Positions 46,851-60,484 of a stretch of DNA of 64,000 nt are shown here, piece by piece. Under the pieces are notes generated by a model. That model saw only the letters and a program-made list of their open reading frames with translations, made no database searches and was not told where the DNA came from. This DNA comes from Octopus bimaculoides (Eukaryota), in assembly GCF_001194135.2 (NCBI RefSeq), contig NC_068989.1:85577268-85641267 (forward strand), written 5' to 3'. Positions within the stretch are counted from its first letter, which is position 1, and every line of letters starts with the position of its first letter. The position numbers and the translations under genes are program-made.

Positions 46851-49800
46851 CCAGAGAAGACCAAAACCTCTTTGCTGCTAATTTTCGGCCGAGAAATTAA
46901 GAAAGAAAAAAAAAAATCCTTTCAGAATCACCACCTATTCTGTTTATTATTATTGCAACACAAACGGTTATGGAAATCTCCCCTTCACCTATGTCATTCA
47001 TATATCGTCCTCTTATTTCATACAAGGCAAGTGTAAATATCCTTGCTTTGCCAACTAAGGACTCCNNNNNNNNNNTTGCCAACTAAGGACTCCCTTTTCT
47101 CATATTTTTCTTCCAACTATTTTTCACCTTTCCAGTAATTTAAAATTGCCTGACTTTGTCTTTCATTTTACTTAGAAATTTTGTTTCAATTTTAATTCTA
47201 ATTTTTTTTTTTTTTTTTTTTCATTCATTCATTCATTGAGAATTCGATCCTGCAACCTCATCTCTATATTTTCTGTATTAAAGCTGATATTAATTTGTCC
47301 CTATCACTGTCTCTTGTTTTATTGAAATTATATATACACCATATCCAATTCCTGTTTGAAATTATGTATTTTAGACTTTGATAATATTTTTTTCTTTCAT
47401 GTAATATATTTTAATGTGTATCTTGGTAATTTTTGTCATCGCCCTTGCACCGTTTTCTTTTATTCCTGCATTTAATTCAGTCGGGCTTTTCAAGACCTGT
47501 TGATTTATTTCTTTTTCTTTCCCCACTTTCTAATAAGTATAATTTCAAAAACTGAATAATTCCTGACTAGATCCTGAATATTTAGTTCTTGCAAAATTTT
47601 TTTATAGACCAAAATTTTAGACTTCATTGTCTGCTCCATGTAGTAGATAGACGAATTTAATTTCCTCTATTCTGTCCGTTCTTAGTATAACTTGTATTGC
47701 AGCAGAAATATTGTCTGTTAAAATCCCTATTGCAGTCTACCATTTCCCCCTTTCTTTTATCCCCCCCCCTTATTACTTTAATAAAGCTCTTTTTTTTCTT
47801 TATTCCCAAAAGAGCAAGTACCTCCTTTTACATTTTAGCTCTACACAATTCGATATTTTAAATTTGTCTAGCAGGCAAAAAATGCCTACGCAGTTTGTAG
47901 ACTAGCACTAACATATCAGAAGTATTTCATGTTGCAGGAGGAACTTTGGTGAGAAGAGTTGCTTCAACTAATGAAGTGTTGTCTGGGACATAGAATGAAT
48001 TTTAGAGACTTCACTGAGAAGTATGGCTTTCTTATTCTGATTTTTTTTTTTTTATTAACTCGCAGGCTACACATGGCTGAGACAACGCCAGTCATAACTG
48101 CTTTGCACACAAACTCGCAGCAAATTGGCTCTAATTCCATATTTAATTTTTTTCAGCAAAGCACTTTTCGGAGATGGGCATAATTACATTAAAAAGAAAC
48201 AAAAAAAAAAATGGAGCTACTGCTGGATGCCCTTTCTGTCTAGAAAAATATAGTGTATATTAAGACCATTATCGTGTTTGAGTTGTCCAAATACTTCTGG
48301 ATGCTACCACATAATTCTTATCAGGGTTCTACTTGTTTTCAATATAGGCTCATATATATTATATAAAAATAAAAAGCTAGTTCCTAGTATTTTACATTTA
48401 ACTCTTTATACTATTAAATTATTGGTTTATTAGGATTTATCTTTGTAATAGTATAAAAATCTAGCTAGATTATTGCTTAGGTTTTCCCTGGTTCCATTTC
48501 TTAAACTTAAGATTTGAGCAAAGTTTCATATTAAGTAAAATTTGGTTATAGGACCCTGTGTATTTTCAGACCACGATTTTGAAACCTTGTTTCGTGGGGT
48601 GAGTGAGGAGCTGCAGACTCTGCTTTGCTATTTTTATTCTTCCTTTTATACATAATGGGTTGCGCTCTCCACCCAACACCTTTTTAGTCCTTGTTGATTC
48701 TTAATAGGATGAAGAGGAAGTTTCTGATCACTTCACGTAGTTCTATAATGCTTATTGATTTCTGGTGATGTATTGGCTACTCTCACTTTACCTTCCCATT
48801 TTGGCAGTATTCCTTAAATCTTATTTGTAAATCTGACTCCTTTACTTTCTGCATTCTTAATCTGTTAATCCTCCCCCCCCCCCACATTTTTTTTCTTCTT
48901 TAACCATTTTAATATGTAAAATTAGTTGGAATATGAAGACCTTTACTGCCTGATGTGCCAACTGTTTTTCTTAGAACCTAAATATTCTACTATTCACAGT
49001 CATGCATTTTGTGTATTTTATTATAAAGCTGGAGACAGAACTATTGTTTGTAGCATGTCACTCTCCTATTAATCCTTCAATGTCGCTTTTCGTGTAACAG
49101 CCCCATGTTGCTTCAATTTTTGTTTTTGTTTTTAATCCGTCACTGTTCCCCTTTTTTTCCACTACTCAGTCAATGCCGTTATTCCTTTGCTAACCATTCA
49201 GTTTCCCTCTTTTAACCAACCCCGATGTCTTATTTTTCTGCCGTCAGACGAACTGTGTTGTGCTTAGAGACAACATATTAACAGTGGTAAGAGCTGAACT
49301 GCTACCATAGATATGACAGCCACAATATTTCAACAGACGTTATTATCAAGACTGACAAAAGCAACATAATACTTTAATTTCTCTCGCTCGTCAGTGCTAA
49401 TAATAGATCTCCCCCTTTCACATCATTTACACGGACAAATAGTTGGAAACGATAAAAATTTATTGTAATGTATTTTACTAAAGGGGCATAACTCAATATC
49501 TCCTGATCTACAGGGTACTCAGACGAGTGGACCTTGGATAACCTGCTATATCAAATTTCTTTAATTTGTTTTAACCCTGTTATGTGTAATTTAGCTGCTA
49601 ATTCTAGCAAGGTAAATGATCTTACTTAAAACTTCCCTTGCAGTAGGGTAATGTATCAAACACTGCACTTTGATCATGGTACAGTCCTCACTAATTAGGT
49701 ACCAAAGTGTAAATTTAGCTTCATAGAATAAGCACCAGGGGACCCAGAATGTTTCATTAGTTGAACACAGCAGTGCTGTGTAACTTTTGATTGGCTAGTG

Positions 49801-51415
49801 ATCTAACCTTCAAAGCATAGAAACCAAATTCTCGCCATCATCATCGATTGGCGTCCGTTTTTCCATGCTAGCCTGGGTTGGACAGGTCTGGAGAGCCAGT
49901 AGCTAGCTGCTCCAATCTGGTCGGGCAGTTTCTGCAGCTGGTTGAGCTTATGTGAGTCTAATGACAAAACGAAGTGGAGGATTTTCCATAGAATACAAGA
50001 TTTTATGATGAACAAGTTTAGGATAGCTTGAACATTTAAATCCGTTTTTATTTTGTGACTTGAAATTTTGGCTAATATTTGAAAGTGACTAAAGATTTCC
50101 CCATCTATAAAGAGCTAAAAGGAATGTCAGTATCGAGACTTAGGTCTTCAGAACCATGACTGCAATATTTCTTAGGCACAATGAACATTTTTAGAAGAGG
50201 TTGTCAATTTAGTCTACAGTAGGACTTCACTGCAGCATAATTACCTTGGAAGGAAGGTGAAAAACAACTAGAGCAAGATTTGAACTTGTTCTCCAGTTTT
50301 TATTTATACCCTGATAAATATGATAGAGTATGGCAGGATTCAATAGGGTCAGCAAATAACCAACTGAATCTAAATTACTTATACTGCAAGTAATTACATT
50401 TCTCAGGAATTTATGAATGAAGCCTCTCTTGATAATACCAACAGAGCCTCTATAGAGATGCTTGCCCTTGCCAGAAATAACCAAAAATGTCTATACTTGA
50501 AGGCATTTTAGCAATGACTTTTGATCACAAGTTTTCTTGATAGGGAACAAACAGCATAAATACAGTGGTGCTCCATCTTGTAATAGAGCTTAGTTGTTTA
50601 ATGAATGTTAGATATGGAGCCCTTTAAAAGTTTTACAGGAAGAGGTGATGCAGTTTTCTTGAAAAAAGTATGGACTGCTGGGCTAGAACAATGACACTAT
50701 AAAGCTCCAGTTTGTAAGATTCTTATAGTCACACCACATGTTAAAGCTATGATCCTTAAATTACAAGATTGTTTTGCTAAGATCTATAGATATTTTAAGA
50801 GTGAACATTATTAGATTTGATATAGACAAGTGCAGACCCATATAATTGACTCATTCACTAACACACATCAGAACGATGGAAACAAGATATTTTGGCATCA
50901 TTGATTCAAGGCCCAACTAATATGCCATCATTTTAATATTTTTGTTCTCACCTTCCCTCAAGTGTATGGACATATTTCTCCTTATGTGTACGTGAAGATG
51001 GAAAGTGTTTGTCAAGCAATCAATTAATCGTTTTTCATTATGCGCAAATTATTTTTAGCTCCAGTACCAAAATGAAAAAAAAAAAAGCTGGATACCCAGT
51101 CAGCTGTGCCAACTCACTGACATCCACAACAGCTGTACCCTACAGAATTCACTACTACACACCAAGATTTCGATCAAGACTACATCTGATAAACCCAACA
51201 GTAGAGACTAGGCTAGAAATAGCAACCAAATCTTCTTCAAAGCACTTTAAAAACAGACATTGGGTAATATAATTCTTAGTTTATTGTGACTAGGAAAGAG
51301 ATAGGATGGTCACATATGGATTGTATTTGACCCCAACATCTATTCTATCAGAGCTGACTCAGAGACCAGAAGAAAAAAATTCAAAAACAACTCCATAAAC
51401 ACACATTTTATATAT

Positions 51416-51421
51416 TTTATT
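51416..51421 (-). terminator. Polyadenylation signal of EF1-beta
   Basis: AATAAA about 31 nt after the stop codon on the minus strand. Confidence 0.6.
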
Positions 51422-51452
51422 ACACTGTTTCTGCTTAAAGATATGATGAAAT

Positions 51453-51539
51453 TTAAATTTTATTGAAGGCAACAATGTCTACAGATTGTACAAAGTCTTC
51501 AAATTTGGTAATTTCTTCTTCAAGATAATCTGTGCCAAC
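51453..51539 (-). CDS. EEF1B2: EF1-beta exon 6: [28 protein letters not shown]
   Basis: tttttatttctag acceptor; canonical C-terminus. Confidence 0.97.
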   Translation of the reverse strand, partial: VGTDYLEEEITKFEDFVQSVDIVAFNKI

Positions 51540-54500
51540 CTAGAAATAAAAACAAGGAATCTTAATACAAAGAAGCCAACCAATGTCATTGAATTCTATA
51601 AAATATAACCGTTTGCTTTACATGTAACTAGGGGTTCAATCACATTGTACAGTATCACAGAAAAATGTTTCATACTCTAGCTCCAGACCAATCAATGCCT
51701 TGTGAATTAATAATAGTAGACAGAAACTGAAAGAAGCATGTAGTGTGTGTTGTGCACCTTTCTTTTTCTTGACACTTGCACACTGATCATACAAAAATTG
51801 TCACCCATTCATACAAGCAGTGTCACTTCTTAGTCCTCTTTGAAAACTTTACAGAGTGTACTGGGTGCACTTTCTTATGTTACCAGCACTAGAGAGGAAA
51901 GAAGCGAGAGTGGCTAATGGCCAGGGGTGAGTGTAATTTCCTTTCACATAGCAACTTGTGCCCATTTAATATTTCAATATTATGAAATATGGCAAAATAG
52001 ATTTTTTAAAATTATTAATCAGGAAAGGAGTTTGAACTGTTGGTCTGGGTCAAGTGCTTGCGAGCAAAAGAGTTAACTAAAGGTAACCACTAATCTGTGT
52101 TCAGTAATTTGGGGTTAACCCAAAGGAGGCTTCAGCTTTCTTAGTTAAGGGTCAATATTTCTTTTAGCTACTTTTTGAGAGGCAACAAAACAAAAATAGA
52201 AGTCATTTCCATCAAATACTCAAACAGCCCTATAAAAAAAAAACTAAAAAATATAAAAAATCCAAACTCATTCCTCACCTTATCATCTTCAACCACACAG
52301 GTAATCTGTAGTTTTCTAATGCCATAGCCAACTGCAACAAATTTAGCTGGAAGAAAAAAAAAAGAAAGAAACATGAGAAAGTAGCAACAATGTTTGAAAT
52401 CTAACATACACAATCTCCATAATGCCCAACAAAACGTGGTACCATTCAGTATATATATATATATACACACACATACAATACTATATAGCAACGCTGTGCG
52501 CATGCGTAGAATTAAACAACCAAGCGTTTCCCGCTCAATTCATTCTCTTTCTCGCTGGCCAGCGATTGAGCATGGACATGTATTTTAAGCTGTCTCTCTA
52601 CATCTTTTGGACTTACACTCGACAGCTCGCTCACAACTACAGAACAACGTCCCAACAACTATGCTCATACACACAGAAGCTGTAACAACAAGAACTAAAG
52701 ATTTGTATGTTTACCACCTGAATAAATGTTGTTTAAGTTGTTTAGTCTGGAGTTCAGCGTTCCGTTATATTCTTTAATATTATAGTAAGAAAGTCAGGTA
52801 TACAATCTAAAGATGTATAACCCACTTTCTATTAAAGTACTATTATTTGTAACAAGGATATAATTGTCGTTGCCAGGGCCACGGACACGTGAAAACACCA
52901 TTCAAGCGTGATCGTTGCCAGCGTCGCCTTACCAGCACATGAAAACAACATTCAAGCATGGTCGTTGCCAATGCCGCCAGACTGGCTCCCGTGCAGGTAG
53001 CACATAAAAACATCTTTTAAGCATGGTCGTTGCCAGAACTACCTGACTGGTCCTTGTGCCGGTGGCACGTAAAAAGCACTCACTACACTCTCGGAGTGGT
53101 TGGTGTTAGGAACGGCATCCAGCTGTAGAAACTTTGCCAGATCAGATTGGAGCCTGGTGCAGCCTCTGGCTCACCAGTCCTCAGTCAAACTGTCCAATCT
53201 ATTCCAGCATGGAAAGCGGATGCTAAATGAAAATGAACGATATGGTGTCATTCGTTATCTGGGTAACCATACTGATATTTTACAGTATGTACAGTACTGT
53301 TTATTACATGAGTACAAACAGTGATATCCTACAATATATATATATACATACATATAATATGATATTCATTAAATGAGTGAACAATCATATTCCCCTTATC
53401 AACAGTGTGATATTACTGTAGAGCTATTCAGTGATATCCAATGTTATGCACAGCACCATGCATTGTCTAGTTATGGAATCACTCCAAAACAAAAGGAGAG
53501 AAACATCATGCTATAAGCTCTTTATATGTAAAGGCTGTCCCCAATGAGATTCACCACATCTTAAATATCTCTACATATTCCAGTAGATGGCACACTGCAA
53601 AACCCCCATCCTGTAACAACACAGAGAAAGCTACTTACAAGCACCCCACAGTAGACCATCACAGCTAACACTTCGCACACTTTCTTCTAACTTGGCCATA
53701 TCAGTCTCATCGTCCCATGGCTTTACATCCAAAATGATGTTACTCTTAGCAATAATAGCAGGCTCTGAGTGAGAGAAAGAAAACATGGATTAGTAAAATA
53801 CAGTGCAGATCAAAAACCGGAGGTCAGGACACAATATATTAAAGTCACTAACATACATATACTATACAAGCCCCTTGAGGGCAATAAAGAAATAAGAAAT
53901 CAAATGAATTTTGGAACTCACACACGTTTGCATCAACAGTCTAATAGCCCAACTCAGTCAATGTTGTTGACTGTGCTTTACTTAAAGCTACAGTTTTAAA
54001 TCTGCTCAGAGGTGCTCTCTTCTGTATTACCTATTGACAACAGCTACAGAGCTAGAAATGCTGCATCTGGGAATCCAACAAGGGGCAACACTATGCAAAT
54101 GTGGCGTTTTTTAAAACTTTTTACCATAAGAGAGAATTTTTTTCTCCGTGGTAACTGCCACAAACATATTTTAAGTAACCTAAAGTTTGCTTATGCCTAA
54201 GCACTGCATGGTGCTCATACTGCTGCGCACACGCACAAGCTTTCATGTGTGTGTAGCCCCTTGTGGGTAGTAAAGAAATAACACAAGCATGTCTGGTCAG
54301 AGGAAATATTACCTTATTTCGAAACCCATGTAAATTGGTAACAGGAAGGGTATCAAGGCCATAGGAAATTTGCTTCAAAAAACTCCATCTGACCCATGCA
54401 AGCATGGAAAAAGTGCATATTAAAACAATGATGTATGTATAAACCAAAATTATCCAGATATTTTGAGAATTATTTTATACTCAAGAATTTGGCCTATTTT

Positions 54501-57500
54501 TATTTAGTCATTAGGGAAAAAGTTGTAAATCGTAAGATAATAGAGAATATTAAAATTAGAAAAACAAAACAATTAGAAGACTATAAACTGAGGAGGGCAT
54601 CACGTTCATTTACGAAGCAGAAAAATAATTAACTCACTTTTGCTCTTCTTTAAATTATATTCTTCAATTCGCTTCTTGTGTTCCTTTTGTCTTTCCTCAT
54701 CATCTTCATCTGAACCGAAGAGATCAAGGTCATCATCATCATCATCATCATCATCACTGTCATCAGCTGGTTTACACTTTGAAGCAGTTGTTGCAGTGCC
54801 ATAGGAGTCTAGAGTCTTCTTGACTCCAGGGAATCTGACAATGAATATCAAACATCCACAAATAACAACAGTATCTTTTGCCAGACATCACAATGGAATG
54901 GTCAGCTCAACATTTCAATACCTATCTATGAGTTCGGTGATTTGGGACCTTCCCCATCACTACCACCACTGCTAAAAATAAAGGTATTCAGGTGTAAAAA
55001 TCAAACCAAATCAATACATTGATCTAAATAAGGAAGTATTTCTAACAGTCACAGGAACAGAGTAATCATGGAATGTGACCTATCGAATACAAGCCAAAGT
55101 TAGCAAACTCACCATTCAAAATAGTTACAGCCTAAAGGGAGATAATTGAGATAGACTTGACAGTTAACATAAGATCATAATCATGTAAAGTAAATATAAC
55201 AAATTATCCAGAATCCTTTGTCCAGTACTGAATTAATCCAAAAATCTAATCAGTTTGTGCCAGTCACGAGGCCAAACATCCCTGAAAGTTTCATCCAAAT
55301 CCATTCAGCAGTTCTTGAGATATCTTGTCCATGGACAAAGAAATACGACTGAAAACAATACCTCTGCCTTTTCTAAGGCCTAGGTAATAATCCTTTCTAC
55401 TACAGGCACAAAGCCCGAAACTTTGGGGGAAGGGGTTAGTTGATTACTTTGACCCTATGCCCCCAGTGCTCAACTAGTTCTTATTTTATTGATCCTAAAA
55501 CGATGAAAAGCAAGGTCAAGCTTGGCAGAACTCAGAATATAAAGTGAAAGGCTGCTAAGCATTTTATCTGAAACAAACAATTCTGTCAATAATAACAAAA
55601 AAATTTTTAAGATTCAGAACAAAAAAAAACAAGAAAAATAGGTCTTACTTTGCAATTTGTGTCTTGAAAGACTTAATGTGCTCAAACCAGCGTTTAGCAT
55701 GACAGTAATTTGCAGGGGGCGAAGTAGAAAGTCCACCAAAGACAACACTGTCGGCTTGAGATGGTTCATAGCTGGAAAATACCAAAACAGAAAGAAAGAA
55801 AGAAAAAAAAAAGGATTTATAATGAATCCAAAAACATCATCCATCCATTTTCTCTGCCCTCTATTCTTGGGTCACTGGAGTACAGTCCTCAGGTATCTCC
55901 TCTATAGGGGTCCTATCAGAACTGTCATTATGCTTCCCTAGTCAAGAAGATTATCTGTGTATTCAATAGATTATCTGTGCAGTTCTATATTTAAGAGATG
56001 AGACATTATTTACATTTCACGGATATTTACAAGCCCTAAAATTCACTCCATAACTGCCCACAGGCATATGATGTAGTGGTTAAGAGCACAGGCTACTAAT
56101 CCCAAGATTCCAAGTTCAATTCCAGGCAGTGACTTGAAGAATAATAATAATATCGAAAAATACCTTAGGAACGAGAACCCAGGTTCAAAATTTCCCCAAG
56201 ACACCTGATGAAGGCTGGAAGGTATATCAACCGAAACGTTGTGTCAACAACAAGATGAGGACAAATATCCGTCAAATCACACAAAAATTTCTCAACGTTT
56301 CACGTCCACTTTCCATGTTAGCAGGAATTGGATAGATTGCCATGATTGGAACCAGCAAACATTTTAGGGTGTTGCTCACCTAGACAGGTCAGGGGATTGC
56401 ATTTTGCTCATGTTTCATTTTTGACTTAATTTCTATGTTTGGAGGCCCTTCCTAACACCAACCACTTCAGAGGATGATGGGGAGGTGGGTTGGAGATTAG
56501 AACCTGAACTGTTATGTTCCTGACAAGATTAAACGGTTTTCACATCCATCTTCACATATTTTAATTTGCCTCAAACCTGGAAATGAAAAACAAAAATCCA
56601 GCGACAACTGCTAGGAACCCTCAACAGAAAAGGGAGATAATTTCAAAACATTAAGAAAAATTTTATAGAAATTTGAGTCTTCAGACTGAGAAGAAACAAT
56701 TTACCTGCCTCAGGCAGTGACAGTTATGGACAAATGTTAGCCTTATTAGATTTCATCAGTGAAACAGTTTTCTCATAAGTGATTTGATCAGACTCTCTTG
56801 TACTGAGTCAAGAAGATTGTTTTTAGCAAGTATAATTTGCATAACTGAATTATTTCCTCTTTGTTTCAGTCACAGGACTGCAACCATGCTGGGGCACTAA
56901 AGAGTTTACCTGATTCAACTGACAAGTACTTCTGTTAAATCAGGTACTTATTCTATCAGTTTCTTTTTGCCAAACTGCCAAGTTATACGGATGCACACAA
57001 ACCAACAGCTATTGAAGTCCAACAACAACACACAAAAACACACTTCTCAAGTTTCCGTCCAGTAATTTCCCTGACATGGCATTGGTTGGCCCAAAGCAAT
57101 AGAAGGCAGGGACATGGTGCAATGAAATAAGAAATAACTGAAGACCTCGTGGTAACAAAGTGAATTCCATATACACAGCCACACACACACATTTGTATGA
57201 ATGTGTAATGCTGGATAAACTTCTGATTGATACAAGAATGTAGTAATATTTCAAGTGTACATGTAACATGCAAAAACCACAATATTCAATGTTTAAAAAA
57301 ATATTCTAAATGTATGAAGAAAGCTGAAAAAGCACCACTCAGACGACAAACTTCCAACACACAGGGTTGTTTTGGGTAGTCATTCCTGGTGTGGGTTTTA
57401 CAAGGTCAGAGTACAAATACTACCACAATGATAATGATAAAAATACAATTAAAAATAAAAAGCAACAAATGTTTGAGAAGGAACGAAGAGACAACCATTC

Positions 57501-57554
57501 GCTTCAGGCTGCTTCTCAGAAGTTCTCAAATTAATTTAGGAAGTTGATGGGTAG

Positions 57555-57585
<31 letters not shown>

Positions 57586-60442
57586 CAGCCATAGAAAAGA
57601 CCTATGTTGTCTTTTGAAACTTCCATATTTCAATACATCATATGTCAGTCCTAATTAACTACAAATTGTCTTTAATGGTTATAGAAGACGAGACTGGGAT
57701 AAAACAGGGCATGTACTAAAACCTACTCCACACAACATGTATTGACAACCAATCCAAGATGCACTATTGACAGCCACACTGCACTGCATTCTGTCACACA
57801 GTCCGATAGAATAAGACCTGGGGTCGATTTGCTCGACTAAAAGCGGTGCTCCAGCATGGCCGCAGTCATAATGACTGAAACGAATAAAAAACCCTGAAAA
57901 GACGAAAGGAAAAGTCAACCTCAGCAGAATTTGAACCCAGATTTTTAAAAAAATTTTTTAAATGCTAAGCAGCATTTCTTTCAGTCTTTATGTGTTGAAA
58001 ACTCTAGCATATGCAAAGAGGTGGTCACAAGAATTATTGCCAAACATCTAACCAGCTGCTTTTGAGTCTTTTCTATTGTGTGAACATTTCCCAAATTGTA
58101 CAATAACACAATGTTTAAAACACAATATTTTTTTTAAATGTCTTAAAACAAATATCTCAAGAAAGCTTAAAATCATCAAATGTTTGAGATTTAATGTAGA
58201 AGACAACCACTGAAAACAGATTGTTCCCATGAGGTACACACATTGATTGAGGAAGGTGAAATTAAAAAAGATAGATGTGGAAAGGATCTACCTTTCTTTC
58301 GGAACTTCCATAATCCTTGAACCTAACAAATTAGTCCTAATTAATTACAGACTGTTCGATAAAAAAGCCAAACACCAGAATGTAATACAAACCCCAGTTA
58401 GTAGTAATTTTAATATACAAGACAAGGGGTAAGTTTGTGTGCTCGTTCCCAACAAAAGTCCTAAAAAGACAAAAGGACATTAGATAAGGTAATTCTTGGA
58501 TCTGGCGGAAAGGAAGAATGACTATGAGTTACCTGGAGTGTGAAAAATACAGCTCGTTAACACAGTAGCTAATTTAATTTACTCCTGGAAACAGAACACA
58601 TTGAAGTAATGATCAATTTTATTGATTGGTATCCAGGTTCTACTAAATGGCATTTCAGAAAATTAGTAAAAATAAATATATTTATAATTTACTTAACACA
58701 ATTATATCCAACTTTATTTCAACAAATCATCTCTAGTCCAACTTGCAGTTTGTACACCATATAAACACTGGTGCATCATTTACACACATGTATATTATAT
58801 ATGCGTGTTTGTCTATCTATCATTTAGAGTTAGCCCAAATGACAAAGTTCATTCCAGCAGAGACTTGCTGTATTTGTCGTAAGAGACGTAAATTTTGTAT
58901 TGGTTTAAAAACACATTTAAATATCCACAAATCAGACACTTGAGGTGAGACAAATTTGAACTACTTGTAATGCAAATTTTAAACAGCTCTCGGAATTAAA
59001 AAGCTACTTACATGTTCATGCACAGAAAAAGCACATCTAACAAGAAGTGGTCAAGTTTAGAATAGGCAGGCTACCTCTCTCTCATGCCTTATATCTATAT
59101 TTTAGCAACATATTTTCAGTTTCACATTTTGGGTTCACCTTGCATTTGTTCGAGTAAAATCCATAGCATGTTTTCACACGTATGAGAATGGAATACACAA
59201 AGTGATGCAAAGACTGTTTGGAGGAAGAAAAGAACACAACAGGATGAAACATAAAAACTAGAATGAGCTGAAGCAAATAACTCGAGCAGATGAAAGGCAT
59301 TCGTTTAAACAAATGCGATGTACTAAATAACATACACAGAATTAATTTCAATAAAATTAAATTTTGCATCCCATTTTATAACATTTTATTCAAGCCATTG
59401 GTCCATTTGAGTTATTTAACCTTAGCTCAATTTGTTTTAATTATGCAAATTATAGCAACAATAATTTTCCTGTTGCTGTTTTTTTACATAAATTTTTACA
59501 TATGACATGTCATGTCAAAAACATTCAAGAGATGTGAAACATAAATTGCAAAAAGATAAGCTACCACATAAACTTTTTTACTGGTTTCAGTCATTTGACT
59601 GTGGCCAAGCTGGAGCACCGCCTTTAGTCGAACAAGTTGACCCCCAAGACTTATTCTTTGTAAGAATAAACACTTATTCTATCGGTCTCTTATGCCGAAC
59701 CGCTAAATTACGAGGATGCAAACACACCATCGGTTGTCAAACGATGTTGGGGGGACAAAAACAGATACACACATATATACGACTGGCTTCTTTTAGTTTT
59801 CGTCTACCAAATCCACTCACAAGGCTTTGGTCAGCCCGAGGCTATAGTAGAAGACACTTGCCCAAGGTGCCACCAGATATAATGAATATATTATTGAGGT
59901 ACTGTTTTACAGCTGAATGACCATTCTGTTGCTAACCCTTACTTGTTTTTCACCTAAGAGATCTCTTATTTCACTTACAGAAGTGGCAGCAACACTCATA
60001 CCAAGTGACTGTTGTTGAGTGCAAATGTAAACATGCACTTGCACACATACATATCATTTAACTTCTGTTTCCCATATTAGCATGGGTTGGATAGTTTGAC
60101 ATCTGCCAAGCCATAGAGTTACAGTAGATTCCAGTGAAAACGTTTGCTACAGCCGGATGCCCTTCCTAATGCCAACCACAGTGTGTACTCTGGACGGGTT
60201 CAAGATACAAGCAACTCCAGCAATCGCCCAGGGCGCTAAGGAGGGTGTGACAAAGACGAGGAAATTGCCACGACCGCCACCTTGTACACGCCTAAGTTCA
60301 GCTTGCCTGGGGTGCAAGCAACCCTACGGCCGGCCGTGTGTGTACTGAGTGCTTTTTTTTTCGTGCCCCTGGCATTAGTGAGGTTGCCAAGTAAGTTAAA
60401 AACAGAAAAAGAACGGAAAAGGAAAATCCTCATGACTATATG

Positions 60443-60484
<42 letters not shown>

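Noticed and set aside
53950-54060. H/ACA snoRNA-like hairpins in EF1-beta intron 3 (AGAGCA H-like box, ACTGT..GCTTT/AAAGC..ACAGT stem)
   Set aside because: I could not build a lower stem or pseudouridylation pocket at the required distance from an ACA box.
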